This document shows positions 45,814-54,646 of a DNA stretch of 64,000 nt, piece after piece. Both the position numbers and the translations under genes were made by a program. Within the stretch, counting starts at the first letter, position 1; the number at the start of each line of letters is the position of its first letter. The stretch covers positions 286,082-350,081 of the forward strand of contig JAWSUF010000002.1 of assembly GCA_033549365.1 (NCBI GenBank). Direction: 5' to 3'. Under the pieces are notes generated by a model. The model made no database searches and was not told the origin of the DNA. It saw only the letters and a list, made by a program, of their open reading frames with translations. Source of the DNA: Acidobacteriota bacterium. GTDB lineage: Bacteria > Acidobacteriota > Aminicenantia > Aminicenantales > Saccharicenantaceae.

Positions 45814-46815
45814 ATGAAAAAACTGGTATTTTTATTTGTTCTGGTTTCGCTGGTGGCCGCCCCGGTTTTAACCGCGGAGCAGGCGATCGTTCTTAAAGTC
45901 AAGGTTCAGGTCGCCAATGTTCGGGCCGAACCCGACATGAACAGCACCGTTGTCAAGAAAATCCCCGCCGACACGCTGCTCGAAGCCCGCCAGAGAATCG
46001 GCGACTGGTATGAGATCACCGTGACGGATGCCTCAGGAGCCGCCATATCGGGTTACATTCACCAGCAGGTTGTCGATGTTGTCGCCGGTGCGCCCAGGGA
46101 GCCGGAACCCGTCCGTGAAGAACCCCGGCGACCCGTCCGAGAGCCCGTCCGCGAAGAACCCCGTCAGCCCGTCGAAAGACGCATGGCGCCCGTCTCTTAT
46201 CGTTCCGACTACGGCATGGGCGGATTCAAGGCGATCGGCGGCCTGGCCATGGCCAGCCTCCGGTATCCCACCGAAGAAACCGCCGAATTCGATAAATACA
46301 AAAAATCCAAGATGGGCCTTGCCGGCGGAATCGGATTCGACAGCGGAGGACAGTTCGGTTTCGGCATGAACGTTCTTTACCTGCAGAAGGGCGTGAAATA
46401 TTCCGGCGAGGAAGACGGAGTCAAGTTCAGCTTCCCCATCAGCATTGACATGATCAGCCTTCCCGTCATGGCCAAGATCCGGTTTATGCCCGGCTCGACG
46501 CCGTATGCATTGGCCGGAGGCGAAGTGGCTTATGTTCTTTCTGCGAAGTCGAAGTATACGATCACGGATCTTGAGTCCGGGGAGAAGGAAACCGACACCG
46601 AGGACTTCAAGGACGATATCAACTCGATCGACTACGGAATCGTTTTCGGCCTGGGATATGAAATGAATACCGGGTCGTTTCCGATCTTCATCGAAGCCCG
46701 GTATCACCTCGGCTTGGCCAATCTCACGAAGGACAATCCGGATGAAGGCATCATCGCCGCGGAGAACTGGACCAAGACCAGCACAATCCTGATTGTGGGC
46801 GGCATCAGATTCTAA
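45814..46815 (+). CDS. Secreted protein: signal peptide, SH3-like domain, Pro/Glu/Arg-rich repeat linker, C-terminal outer-membrane beta-barrel domain
   Basis: Signal MKKLVFLFVLVSLVAAPVLTA. The SH3b-like stretch is ANVRAEPDMNSTVVKKIPADTLLEA...GDWYEI. The C-terminus has alternating hydrophobic beta-strands ending in aromatic-x-F. Confidence 0.6.
   Translation: MKKLVFLFVLVSLVAAPVLTAEQAIVLKVKVQVANVRAEPDMNSTVVKKIPADTLLEARQRIGDWYEITVTDASGAAISGYIHQQVVDVVAGAPREPEPVREEPRRPVREPVREEPRQPVERRMAPVSYRSDYGMGGFKAIGGLAMASLRYPTEETAEFDKYKKSKMGLAGGIGFDSGGQFGFGMNVLYLQKGVKYSGEEDGVKFSFPISIDMISLPVMAKIRFMPGSTPYALAGGEVAYVLSAKSKYTITDLESGEKETDTEDFKDDINSIDYGIVFGLGYEMNTGSFPIFIEARYHLGLANLTKDNPDEGIIAAENWTKTSTILIVGGIRF
46096..46180 (+). 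repeat. In-frame tandem repeat of about 36 nt inside the 45814-46815 CDS
   Basis: cccgtccgtgaagaaccccggc (46108-46129) and cccgtccgcgaagaaccccgtc (46144-46165), with a partial third unit. They encode PVREEPRRPVRE / PVREEPRQPVER. Confidence 0.45.
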
Positions 46816-46915
46816 GAAACCGGAATCGATAGGCGACAAGAAAGTCGTTCAAGCCGCGTTGCCTGCGGGAAAAGCGAGATTCGCGCGTCCTCCCGCCGAC
46901 AACGCGGCTTCTTTT

Positions 46916-47695
46916 TTATAAGATGAAGAAAAGACCGGCCGATAGGGCCGTTCCATGGGCGAAACCGACATCCAGAAGAAAGCCCAGACGTCTCCACGCC
47001 AGGGCTCGTCCGGAAATGCCGATGACGGGCGCCGTGATGAGGGAGGGGGTCCGGGGATCCCAAGCCCTGAGGGTGTCGAGTTCGAAACTTTCGCGGGCCT
47101 GAGCCCGGATCTCTCCCAGAGGTGTCCGCAAGACGGCCGATCCGTCGACATCCAAATTTCCCGTGAAGGGGAGGACGGCCGCCCCTCCATAAACGGAAAG
47201 GCGATATCTCTCGTTCCGGACGGCGTTCCAACGGGCGATCATGTTCACCATGACCGAACGGATGCGAACCGTGCCGTCTCCATGGGTTTCCAGCTCGCCC
47301 AGAGGAAATCCGAACAGGCCGATTTCGTGGCGGGAAGAAACCCGGAAGGGGATGCGGTAATCGGCCCAACCGATGCGGATACCCAGAGAAACCGCTCCCG
47401 GCTGGATGTGATGCCATGCGGCCAGGGAAAGATTTGTGCCCGAGGAATCCAGATCAGCCTGTACGGCATCGACGGAGACGATGCGATCCAGGTAGGCGGA
47501 GTCGATGAGTTGGACGAAAGCGCTCCGGATCGCGGCCTCGCTTTCCCTCTCGACGGGAGACCGGAATGGGGACAGAGTCCAGGGGCCCCAGGCGCATTCA
47601 AACTCCCATGTTTCGCGCTTGTCTTCGACCGGGCCGCCGAGCACCGCTCCGGAGACAAGGATCAGCAGGATTGTCCCGATGAATATTGCCTTCAT
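46916..47695 (-). CDS. Hypothetical secreted protein
   Basis: Signal peptide MKAIFIGTILLILVSGAVLG. No recognisable catalytic motif. Confidence 0.4.
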   Translation of the reverse strand: MKAIFIGTILLILVSGAVLGGPVEDKRETWEFECAWGPWTLSPFRSPVERESEAAIRSAFVQLIDSAYLDRIVSVDAVQADLDSSGTNLSLAAWHHIQPGAVSLGIRIGWADYRIPFRVSSRHEIGLFGFPLGELETHGDGTVRIRSVMVNMIARWNAVRNERYRLSVYGGAAVLPFTGNLDVDGSAVLRTPLGEIRAQARESFELDTLRAWDPRTPSLITAPVIGISGRALAWRRLGFLLDVGFAHGTALSAGLFFIL

Positions 47696-47756
47696 TTGAA
47701 GCCATCATATCAGAAGAAACGCCTCTTCCAAAATCCGGCTGTTTCCACAATCGAGG

Positions 47757-49250
47757 TTGGCGCCTCGTGTTGAATCGTATTGCCGCCTAAGGTATGATTT
47801 CCGGGAATTGAAAACGATCTCATCCCTATGTCCGGAATGCCGAAAAGTGGTCGAGGCCCGGGTTTATCTGGACGGCGGGCGGATTCTGCTCGACAAGACG
47901 TGCCCCCGCCACGGCCGTTTTCAGGATGTCTATTGGTCCGATTCCCGGCAGTTCGAAAGGTTCGAGTCGTTTCGCCATGAGGGCGAAGGCATCGAGAACC
48001 CGCGGACTCGGGAAGACCGCGGCTGTCCTCTCGACTGCGGCCTCTGTCCCGGCCATAAATCCACCACCCTTTTGGCGATCGTGGATGTGACCAACAGATG
48101 TAACCTCCGCTGCCCCGTCTGCTTCGCGAATTCCGGGGTCCGCGGTTATGTCTACGAACCGACCCGGGATCAAATCCGGGCCATGCTGGAAAACGTCCGC
48201 AACAACCGGCCCCTGCCGACCCCGGCGCTGCAGTTTTCCGGAGGAGAGCCGACTCTCAGGCCCGACCTGGCCGACCTCGTGGCCATGGCCCGGGACCTCG
48301 GTTTCCTGAATATCGAGGTCAACACCAACGGGATCCGGCTGGCCGAAAGCCTCGATTTATGCCGAAGTCTGAAGGATGCCGGTCTGCATACGGTCTATCT
48401 TCAGTTCGACTCGCCGGATGCCGAGGTTCATCGCCGCATACGGGGCCGGGACCTTGTCGAAATCAAAAGACAGGCGATCGAGAACTGCCGCCGGGCGGAG
48501 ATCCCCAGCGTTGTACTGGTCGTCACCCTGATCAAAGGCGTGAATGACGGGCATCTCGGAGAGATCATCCGCTATGCGGCCCAAAACCGCGACATCATCC
48601 GCTGCGTCAACATTCAACCGGTGGCCTTCACCGGACGGAGGCCTGACGAAGCGGACCGGACCGGGCGCATCACGATCCCGGATGTTCTGGCCCTTGTCGA
48701 GGAGCAGACACAGGGCGACATCCGGGCCTCGGATTTTTATCCGGTGCCAAGCGTCGTTCCCGTCGCCAAGGCCGTCGGCGCTCTGAAGGGCGAGGTTTTT
48801 CCCGAGTTCACCGCCCATCCCCACTGCGGCGCCGGCACTTATTTTTTTGTCGAAGACGGCCGGATCACGGCGATCAACCGGCACGTGAATGTGAATAAAT
48901 TTCTCCGTTCCCTGGGGCGCATATCACGAACGGCCGCGAAAGGATATCGGAGCTTGGCGGGCCTGATGCTCCTTTTCTCTCTCCGCCATGTCAAGATCGG
49001 CATGTTGAGGAGATTTCTTCTGCCCATTTTAAGAATGGGAACGTTTGAGGCCCTGGCCGATTTCCACTTCAAGGTCGTGCTGGTTTCCTGCATGCATTTC
49101 ATGGATGCCTGGAATTTCGACGGGGAGCGTGTGCGGCGCTGCGTCATTCATTATGCCGTCCCGGACGGCCGGATCATCCCCTTCTGCGCCTACAACAATC
49201 TCGGCTACCGGGATGAGGTGGAGCATGCCTTCAAAACCGTCCGTGATTGA
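47757..49250 (+). CDS. Radical SAM enzyme with an N-terminal rubredoxin/Zn-ribbon-like Cys4 module and an extra CxxxCxxC cluster; candidate tetraether/membrane-spanning-lipid synthase (Tes/GDGT-MAS/Mss-like)
   Basis: CPEC...CPRHG, then CPLDCGLCPGH, then the canonical rSAM motif IVDVTNRCNLRCPVCFANSG and FSGGEPTL. About 480-497 aa. There is no in-frame ATG near the 5' end, so the start is probably TTG at 47757 or 47808. Confidence 0.55.
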   Translation: MAPRVESYCRLRYDFRELKTISSLCPECRKVVEARVYLDGGRILLDKTCPRHGRFQDVYWSDSRQFERFESFRHEGEGIENPRTREDRGCPLDCGLCPGHKSTTLLAIVDVTNRCNLRCPVCFANSGVRGYVYEPTRDQIRAMLENVRNNRPLPTPALQFSGGEPTLRPDLADLVAMARDLGFLNIEVNTNGIRLAESLDLCRSLKDAGLHTVYLQFDSPDAEVHRRIRGRDLVEIKRQAIENCRRAEIPSVVLVVTLIKGVNDGHLGEIIRYAAQNRDIIRCVNIQPVAFTGRRPDEADRTGRITIPDVLALVEEQTQGDIRASDFYPVPSVVPVAKAVGALKGEVFPEFTAHPHCGAGTYFFVEDGRITAINRHVNVNKFLRSLGRISRTAAKGYRSLAGLMLLFSLRHVKIGMLRRFLLPILRMGTFEALADFHFKVVLVSCMHFMDAWNFDGERVRRCVIHYAVPDGRIIPFCAYNNLGYRDEVEHAFKTVRD

Positions 49251-49986
49251 ACGCCTGAGGGACCGCCGGGAGGTCCTGCATTTCACGTTGATCGATCCCG
49301 ACAGCCAAACCCCCAAGCGGCTGGCCGAAGTCGTTCGGATGTGTTGCCGGTTCGGCACGGATGCCTTCATGGTCGGCGGGTCCGGTCCTTTCGGACGGCG
49401 CCGGCTGGAAACCGCCCTGAAGACGATCCGCAAACATACGGACCGGCCCGTCATTCTGTTTCCGAACTCCGCCGAATCCGTATCCCGGCACGCGGACGAA
49501 ATATTTTTCATGTCGCTTCTCAACTCCCGCGGATCTCGGTTTCTGATCGGCGAGCAAGTTCGGGCTGCCGCCGCTGTAAAAAGGGCCGGCCTCCGCCCGA
49601 TTTCCATGGCCTATATCGTTGTCGGCACGAGCCGGAAGCCGACGACCGTGGAAAAGAAGGTCAGACTGGAAGCCATCGGAAGTTGCGATGTTCGAAAAGC
49701 CAGGGACTATGCGCTCGCGGCCGAATATCTCGGAATGAGCTGTGTCTATCTTGAGGCGGGATCGGGCGCGGACAAGCCCGTGCCGCCGCGGATGATCCGG
49801 GCCGTGAGGGGGGAAATCTCGGTGCCTCTCATTGTTGGTGGAGGCATCCGCAGCCCGCGCCGGGCCCTCCAAACGGCGGAAGCCGGCGCCGACGCCGTCG
49901 TCACCGGCACGATCGTCGAGCGGGATCCGGCCCGTCTCGAAGCCATCATCCGGACCATCAAAGCGTTCCGGCCCGGCCGTCGATAA
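49225..49986 (+). CDS. Geranylgeranylglyceryl phosphate synthase family protein (GGGPS/PcrB)
   Basis: LHFTLIDPD, FMVGGS, YLEAGSGA and PLIVGGGIRS motifs of the (beta/alpha)8 GGGPS/PcrB family. Start is ATG 49225 or GTG 49243, overlapping the end of the upstream rSAM gene. Confidence 0.8.
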   Translation: MPSKPSVIERLRDRREVLHFTLIDPDSQTPKRLAEVVRMCCRFGTDAFMVGGSGPFGRRRLETALKTIRKHTDRPVILFPNSAESVSRHADEIFFMSLLNSRGSRFLIGEQVRAAAAVKRAGLRPISMAYIVVGTSRKPTTVEKKVRLEAIGSCDVRKARDYALAAEYLGMSCVYLEAGSGADKPVPPRMIRAVRGEISVPLIVGGGIRSPRRALQTAEAGADAVVTGTIVERDPARLEAIIRTIKAFRPGRR

Positions 49987-51072
49987 ATGGCGAAGGGAAC
50001 GACGATATCCGGCTTTTTATCTCTCATCCGGCTTCCCAACGGTTTGATCGCCGTTTTATCGACGGTGATGGCCGGCGTCGTGACCGCCCGGTCCTTCGAT
50101 ATCCGGCCCGCGGTTTTTCTCGGGGCCGGGATCGTCTGGCTCATCCTTTCGGGAGGAAACGCCCTCAATGATTTTTTTGATCGCCATATCGACAAGGTGA
50201 ACAGGCCGCGGAGGCCGATTCCTTCGGGTCGGATCACCGGCCGGCAGGCCGTCGTTTTCTCCTGGATTCTGCTTTCGCTGGGTCTGGGGCTGAGCCTGGC
50301 TCTTGGCCTCAAAGTCGCGGCCTTCGCCGCCGCGAACATCCTGATTCTTGTCATCTATGCCCGTTGGTCCAAGTCCCTGGGTCTGCTCGCCAATCTCGCG
50401 GTCGGCTGGCTGACGGCATCGGTCTTTCTCTTCGCTGCGATCATTCAGGGACATCCGGATGTCAATATCCTGGCCTTGAGCCTGAGCGCGTTTTTCATTA
50501 TGACATCGAGAGAAATCCTCAAGGACATCGAGGATATGGAAGGTGACAGGGAAGGAGGCGCGGCGGCGACCCTGCCGATCCGCGTCGGTCCGGGCCGGGC
50601 GCGAACGGCGGCCGTTCTGGCGGCTCTTCCCGCGGTTCCCCTGATTGTTCTTCCGTCCTTGAATCTGGGGATGAACGTTCTTTTCCCGGTTTTCGCCGTT
50701 CCCGCCGCCGCAACCGTCGTTTATTCCTTCTTTCCGAATCCGCGTGCGGCCCAGAGGTCGATCAAAATCGCCGTGATTCTGGTTCTCCTGGCCTATGTCT
50801 TCGGTGTCTTGTCGACGGACAAGAGAAGCCGAGGCTCAGGACATGAGGTATTTGACGGCGTAACGGGCGAGATCGGTGGCGTTTTTCGTCAGGATTTTCG
50901 TTATCCCGGCAAAAGATCCCCGGGAAAGATCGTCCAGTGTCTCTCCCGAGATCAGCCGGGCGAGGCGATTCAGGTCCGTGTCGGAGAGACGTTCGTGGAA
51001 TGTGTTGAGCTTGAGCATCCGCGCCGTTTTCCGGCCGTGTTGCGCTTTCCAGAGCGTTTCATAACGGCTTAA
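49987..51072 (+). CDS. UbiA-family prenyltransferase; digeranylgeranylglyceryl phosphate synthase (DGGGPS)-like
   Basis: NALNDFFDRHIDKVNRPRRPIPSGRI (the first Asp-rich UbiA motif), a second motif at REILKDIEDMEGD, and 8-9 TM helices. The last 75 aa or so (past about 50830) overlap the convergent GGR gene and look like stop-less read-through. Confidence 0.75.
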   Translation: MAKGTTISGFLSLIRLPNGLIAVLSTVMAGVVTARSFDIRPAVFLGAGIVWLILSGGNALNDFFDRHIDKVNRPRRPIPSGRITGRQAVVFSWILLSLGLGLSLALGLKVAAFAAANILILVIYARWSKSLGLLANLAVGWLTASVFLFAAIIQGHPDVNILALSLSAFFIMTSREILKDIEDMEGDREGGAAATLPIRVGPGRARTAAVLAALPAVPLIVLPSLNLGMNVLFPVFAVPAAATVVYSFFPNPRAAQRSIKIAVILVLLAYVFGVLSTDKRSRGSGHEVFDGVTGEIGGVFRQDFRYPGKRSPGKIVQCLSRDQPGEAIQVRVGETFVECVELEHPRRFPAVLRFPERFITA

Positions 51073-52245
51073 GCTTTCGCGCGTGACGGAGTTCTTTCGG
51101 ACGGCATCGGCGGCGATTTCGGCCGCCATCCGGCCCGACATCATGGCCAGTTTCATCCCGCCTCCGGTCGCCGGGTTGACGAGGTGACCGGCGTCTCCGA
51201 CAATCAGCAGGCCGTCTCCCGCAAGAGCCGGGATCGATCCGTCCGTCGGGACTCCGCCGCAGTTGATCTCGACGGCCGAGGCCCGCCCGAAAATATCCGG
51301 ACGATCGCGGATGAACAGGTCCAGGAAATCTTTTGCGCTTTTCCCCTCGGATTTGTCCGTCTTGATGCCGAGGCCGACGTTGGCCATGCTCGGTCCCTTG
51401 GGGAAGATCCAGGCGTATCCGCCCGGGGCAATGCCGTTTCCGAAATAGAGGTGGATCGCGGTTTCGTCGATATGGCGAAGGCCGGCCATCTCATATTGGA
51501 TTCCGCTGATGTAGGCTTCCTGCCTGTTTCTGCTGTCCAGTCCGGCCCATTTGGCGATCATGGAGTCCGGCCCGTCCGCCGCGATCACGATTCGGGCCGT
51601 GATGAATCCCTTTTTGCCGCGGCTTCGGAATTCCACGCCCGCAACGGTTCCATGATCCCGGATAACGCCGACAGCCTCCGTTTGAATCAGATAGCGCGCT
51701 CCCGCCAGAACGGCATTCCGGGCCAGGTGTTTTTCAAAAACCTTTCTTTCGAGGATATAGCCCCAATCCTCCTGCGATCGGGATTTCCACCGCACGGCCG
51801 TTCCGTCCGGCGCATGGAGAACGGCGCTTTGGATGCGGGCGGCCACCCAGCCGGGATCGACCTCCATGTCCAGATCTTTGAAGGTTTGGGAGCTGATGCC
51901 CTCGGCGCATCGTTTCGGCGCGCCGATTTCCCGCCGCTTTTCGACGACGATCGTCCGGATCCCCGACCGGGCCAGACGTTCGGCGCAGACACTGCCGGCG
52001 GGTCCGGCGCCCACGACGACGACATCCGTATCGATCGTCTCCGACGAAGTCGAACACGTCTTGTCCGAGGTTCGGGAAACGGCCCGGACGGGGCAGAAAG
52101 CAACGCATAACCCGCACGCTGTGCAGGCGGCCTCATCGAGATGGAGTCCGCCGTGCCCCAGGATCAGGGCTTCCGACGGACAGATTCCGACACATCCTCC
52201 GCAGATACAGCAGATCTCCCGATCGATACGGATGTTTCCGTTCAT
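50836..52245 (-). CDS. Geranylgeranyl reductase family FAD enzyme with an N-terminal 2x[4Fe-4S] ferredoxin domain
   Basis: True start MNGNIRIDREICCICGGCVGICP...CTACGLCVAFCP (GAGGG RBS upstream), then the FAD motif VVVVGAGPAGSVCAERLARSG. The GGR-type C-terminus reads GDAGHLVNPATGGGM. Confidence 0.8.
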   Translation of the reverse strand: MNGNIRIDREICCICGGCVGICPSEALILGHGGLHLDEAACTACGLCVAFCPVRAVSRTSDKTCSTSSETIDTDVVVVGAGPAGSVCAERLARSGIRTIVVEKRREIGAPKRCAEGISSQTFKDLDMEVDPGWVAARIQSAVLHAPDGTAVRWKSRSQEDWGYILERKVFEKHLARNAVLAGARYLIQTEAVGVIRDHGTVAGVEFRSRGKKGFITARIVIAADGPDSMIAKWAGLDSRNRQEAYISGIQYEMAGLRHIDETAIHLYFGNGIAPGGYAWIFPKGPSMANVGLGIKTDKSEGKSAKDFLDLFIRDRPDIFGRASAVEINCGGVPTDGSIPALAGDGLLIVGDAGHLVNPATGGGMKLAMMSGRMAAEIAADAVRKNSVTRESLSRYETLWKAQHGRKTARMLKLNTFHERLSDTDLNRLARLISGETLDDLSRGSFAGITKILTKNATDLARYAVKYLMS

Positions 52246-52310
52246 GTCGCCCTCGGTTTTTTTGCGGCGTTTCGGCGCTCCGCCGATTATAGACGGCCCG
52301 GCCTTGCCGT

Positions 52311-53390
52311 TCAACCCGGTTTGGGATCGGAGAGCCGGGAGATGTCCCGGCCGGGGTTTCCGGAAACAATCAGGGTGGTGCCCACTGTCATGACCATGAC
52401 GACAAGATAGAATTGAAATAAAACCGCATAGGGAAGGAAGCGGAATTGCCGGAAATGTCTCATGGGGTTGAGCATGATCATGATGTCGGCGAGCAGACGA
52501 ATCATCACGAATAATGGAAGGGATGTTGTGAATACCGGGTAAATGGAGACGCCCAGATAAAGCGCCATAAGAAACGGGACCAGAATTCTCCATCCTCGCA
52601 TCGGATAAAAGAAGCCGGAGGTCCAGCGCTTTTTTTGCCGGATATTGTCCTTCAGGCTTCTCATGGGCCGGGTGAAAACGGCTGTGTCGGCATGGAATAT
52701 CAGGCGAGCTCCCCCACATCGATGCTTGTGACAGGCCCGGACAAGCCGATAATCCAACAGGGCACCCGAGCTCATTTTTTGATATCCGCCGGCCTGCACA
52801 TAAGCCTTTTTACTGAATGCCATGTTTCCCCCGAACAAGCTGCATGTCCGAAAGGTTCGCGCCAGGGATTTCCCGATGGAAAACATGTAGAGGAATTCCA
52901 GGGCTTGCATATCGGCCGCGATCCGGGTGTTTTCGCGGATCAAATAGGCCCCGCCCACAATGGCATCTCCGCCGCGGAGCCGGGAGGACAGTTCGGATAT
53001 CCACCTTGACCCGGCGACACAGTCGGCGTCGATCTGCATGATGATCTCTCCCCGGGCTTTTTCGATACCGAACGCCAGAGCCTTTTTTCTTCCCGGAGAT
53101 CCTCCTCTCAGCCGGAAAGAGCGAAAATTCTCCAGCGAATCCGAATAGACTCGGATGATCTCCGGAGTCTTGTCTTTGGAATGATCGTCCACGATAACGA
53201 CCTCGTATTGATCCCGGGGCCAGTCCTGGTTCTTGAGCGATTCGAGGCACTCCCGGATGTTGTTCTCCTCGTTCCGCGCGGTCAGGACAACAGAGACAAA
53301 CCGGCGCGGTTCGTCGGCGGTCGGAGTGTCATCCGTCTTGGCCGTGAGGAAAAACGCAGCGAGGGACACGGCCAGATAAAGCATGTACAC
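52311..53390 (-). CDS. Family-2 glycosyltransferase, membrane-anchored
   Basis: N-terminal TM, then VSVVLTARNEE...VVIVDDHSKD (GT-A DxD region), then C-terminal TM helices. Confidence 0.7.
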   Translation of the reverse strand: MYMLYLAVSLAAFFLTAKTDDTPTADEPRRFVSVVLTARNEENNIRECLESLKNQDWPRDQYEVVIVDDHSKDKTPEIIRVYSDSLENFRSFRLRGGSPGRKKALAFGIEKARGEIIMQIDADCVAGSRWISELSSRLRGGDAIVGGAYLIRENTRIAADMQALEFLYMFSIGKSLARTFRTCSLFGGNMAFSKKAYVQAGGYQKMSSGALLDYRLVRACHKHRCGGARLIFHADTAVFTRPMRSLKDNIRQKKRWTSGFFYPMRGWRILVPFLMALYLGVSIYPVFTTSLPLFVMIRLLADIMIMLNPMRHFRQFRFLPYAVLFQFYLVVMVMTVGTTLIVSGNPGRDISRLSDPKPG

Positions 53391-53446
53391 AATAAGAATG
53401 ATTGTGAACAGGTTGACACCCTTAACGCATTCTTGTAGGTTCTCTC

Positions 53447-54613
53447 ATGGCCAAACAGTATCCTGAGAACGGTCGAAATTGTCAAATGTCCTTGAAGATT
53501 CTTGTTGTCGGGGCGGGATTGAGCGGCGCCGCAGTCGCCAGGCTGCTTCGGGATCGGGGACATCGCATCCTTGTCGTCGAAAAGGAGAGCCATGTCGGCG
53601 GTCTGTGCATCACGAGAATCAGCCCCAACGGACTGCAATACGAACCCTTCGGAGCGAGGACGTTTCACTCCCGGAAACCGGATGTCATCGCTTTTGTCCG
53701 AAGATTCGCCGAATTCAACGGCTATGTTCACCGCAAGGGGATCATAATCCATGGGAAACTGTTCCCGTATCCGATCAGCCGGGAATCCCTGTCGGCCCTC
53801 GATTCCCGGGAGAGGATCTGCCGTGAACTTGAAAATCTGCCGGACGAGGTTGACGCGACGAATTTCGAAACGGCCGCGCTTTCGCTTTTCGGAGAGACGC
53901 TTTATCGATTGTTCATTCGGAATTATACAACCCGGATGTGGGGGGTGGATCCGGTCCATTTGTCCGCCGACATGGCCTTAAGGAGACTTGAGCTCCGGGA
54001 TGGCCCCGCCGGGGACTTGTTTCGCGGCGAATGGCAGGGCTTGCCGTCCCGCGGCTATTCGGCGTTTCTGGAAAGCATGCTCGAAAGCATTCCCGTGAAG
54101 CTCCATACGCCGTTTGACACCGGCGATTCGTATGATGTTGTGGTGTCATCGGCTCCGATCGACGAGATGTTGGCTTTCCGTTTCGGACGGCTGGCCTATC
54201 GGAGTCTTCGGTTCGATTATCAGGCCGACGCGCCCTGGGAACATGACGCTTTTGGGACCATCAATCTTCCCCAGGATGGGACATACATCAGGAAATGCAA
54301 CTTCAAGATCCTCCACCGCCGGCAATCCCGCCGCAATTGGATTCAATACCAGGAACCCGTGGCTGCGGAAAACGGCCGAATTCCCATGTATCCGGTCGCT
54401 ACGACGGAGAACGAGCAGGCTTACATCAGGTGTTTAAGGGCGATCTGCGCGACCCGGATTTGCCCGGTGGGAAGAATGGGGTTTTCGAAATATTTGAACA
54501 TGGACCAAGCCGTTGAAGTCGCTTTCAGAATGTTGCCGGTCATTGAGCATTATCCCCGGCTCAGCCCGGCGGTCCGGTTCGAAAAAATTGCGGCCATCCG
54601 GGCGAAATATTGA
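53447..54613 (+). CDS. glf: UDP-galactopyranose mutase
   Basis: KILVVGAGLSGAAVA FAD motif. It has the overall UGM length and conserved Trp/Tyr-rich substrate-loop region. An alternative start MSLKIL lies at 53486. Confidence 0.75.
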   Translation: MAKQYPENGRNCQMSLKILVVGAGLSGAAVARLLRDRGHRILVVEKESHVGGLCITRISPNGLQYEPFGARTFHSRKPDVIAFVRRFAEFNGYVHRKGIIIHGKLFPYPISRESLSALDSRERICRELENLPDEVDATNFETAALSLFGETLYRLFIRNYTTRMWGVDPVHLSADMALRRLELRDGPAGDLFRGEWQGLPSRGYSAFLESMLESIPVKLHTPFDTGDSYDVVVSSAPIDEMLAFRFGRLAYRSLRFDYQADAPWEHDAFGTINLPQDGTYIRKCNFKILHRRQSRRNWIQYQEPVAAENGRIPMYPVATTENEQAYIRCLRAICATRICPVGRMGFSKYLNMDQAVEVAFRMLPVIEHYPRLSPAVRFEKIAAIRAKY

Positions 54614-54646
54614 TCGGATGCGGTTCCCCTGATAACGCGTGCGCCC

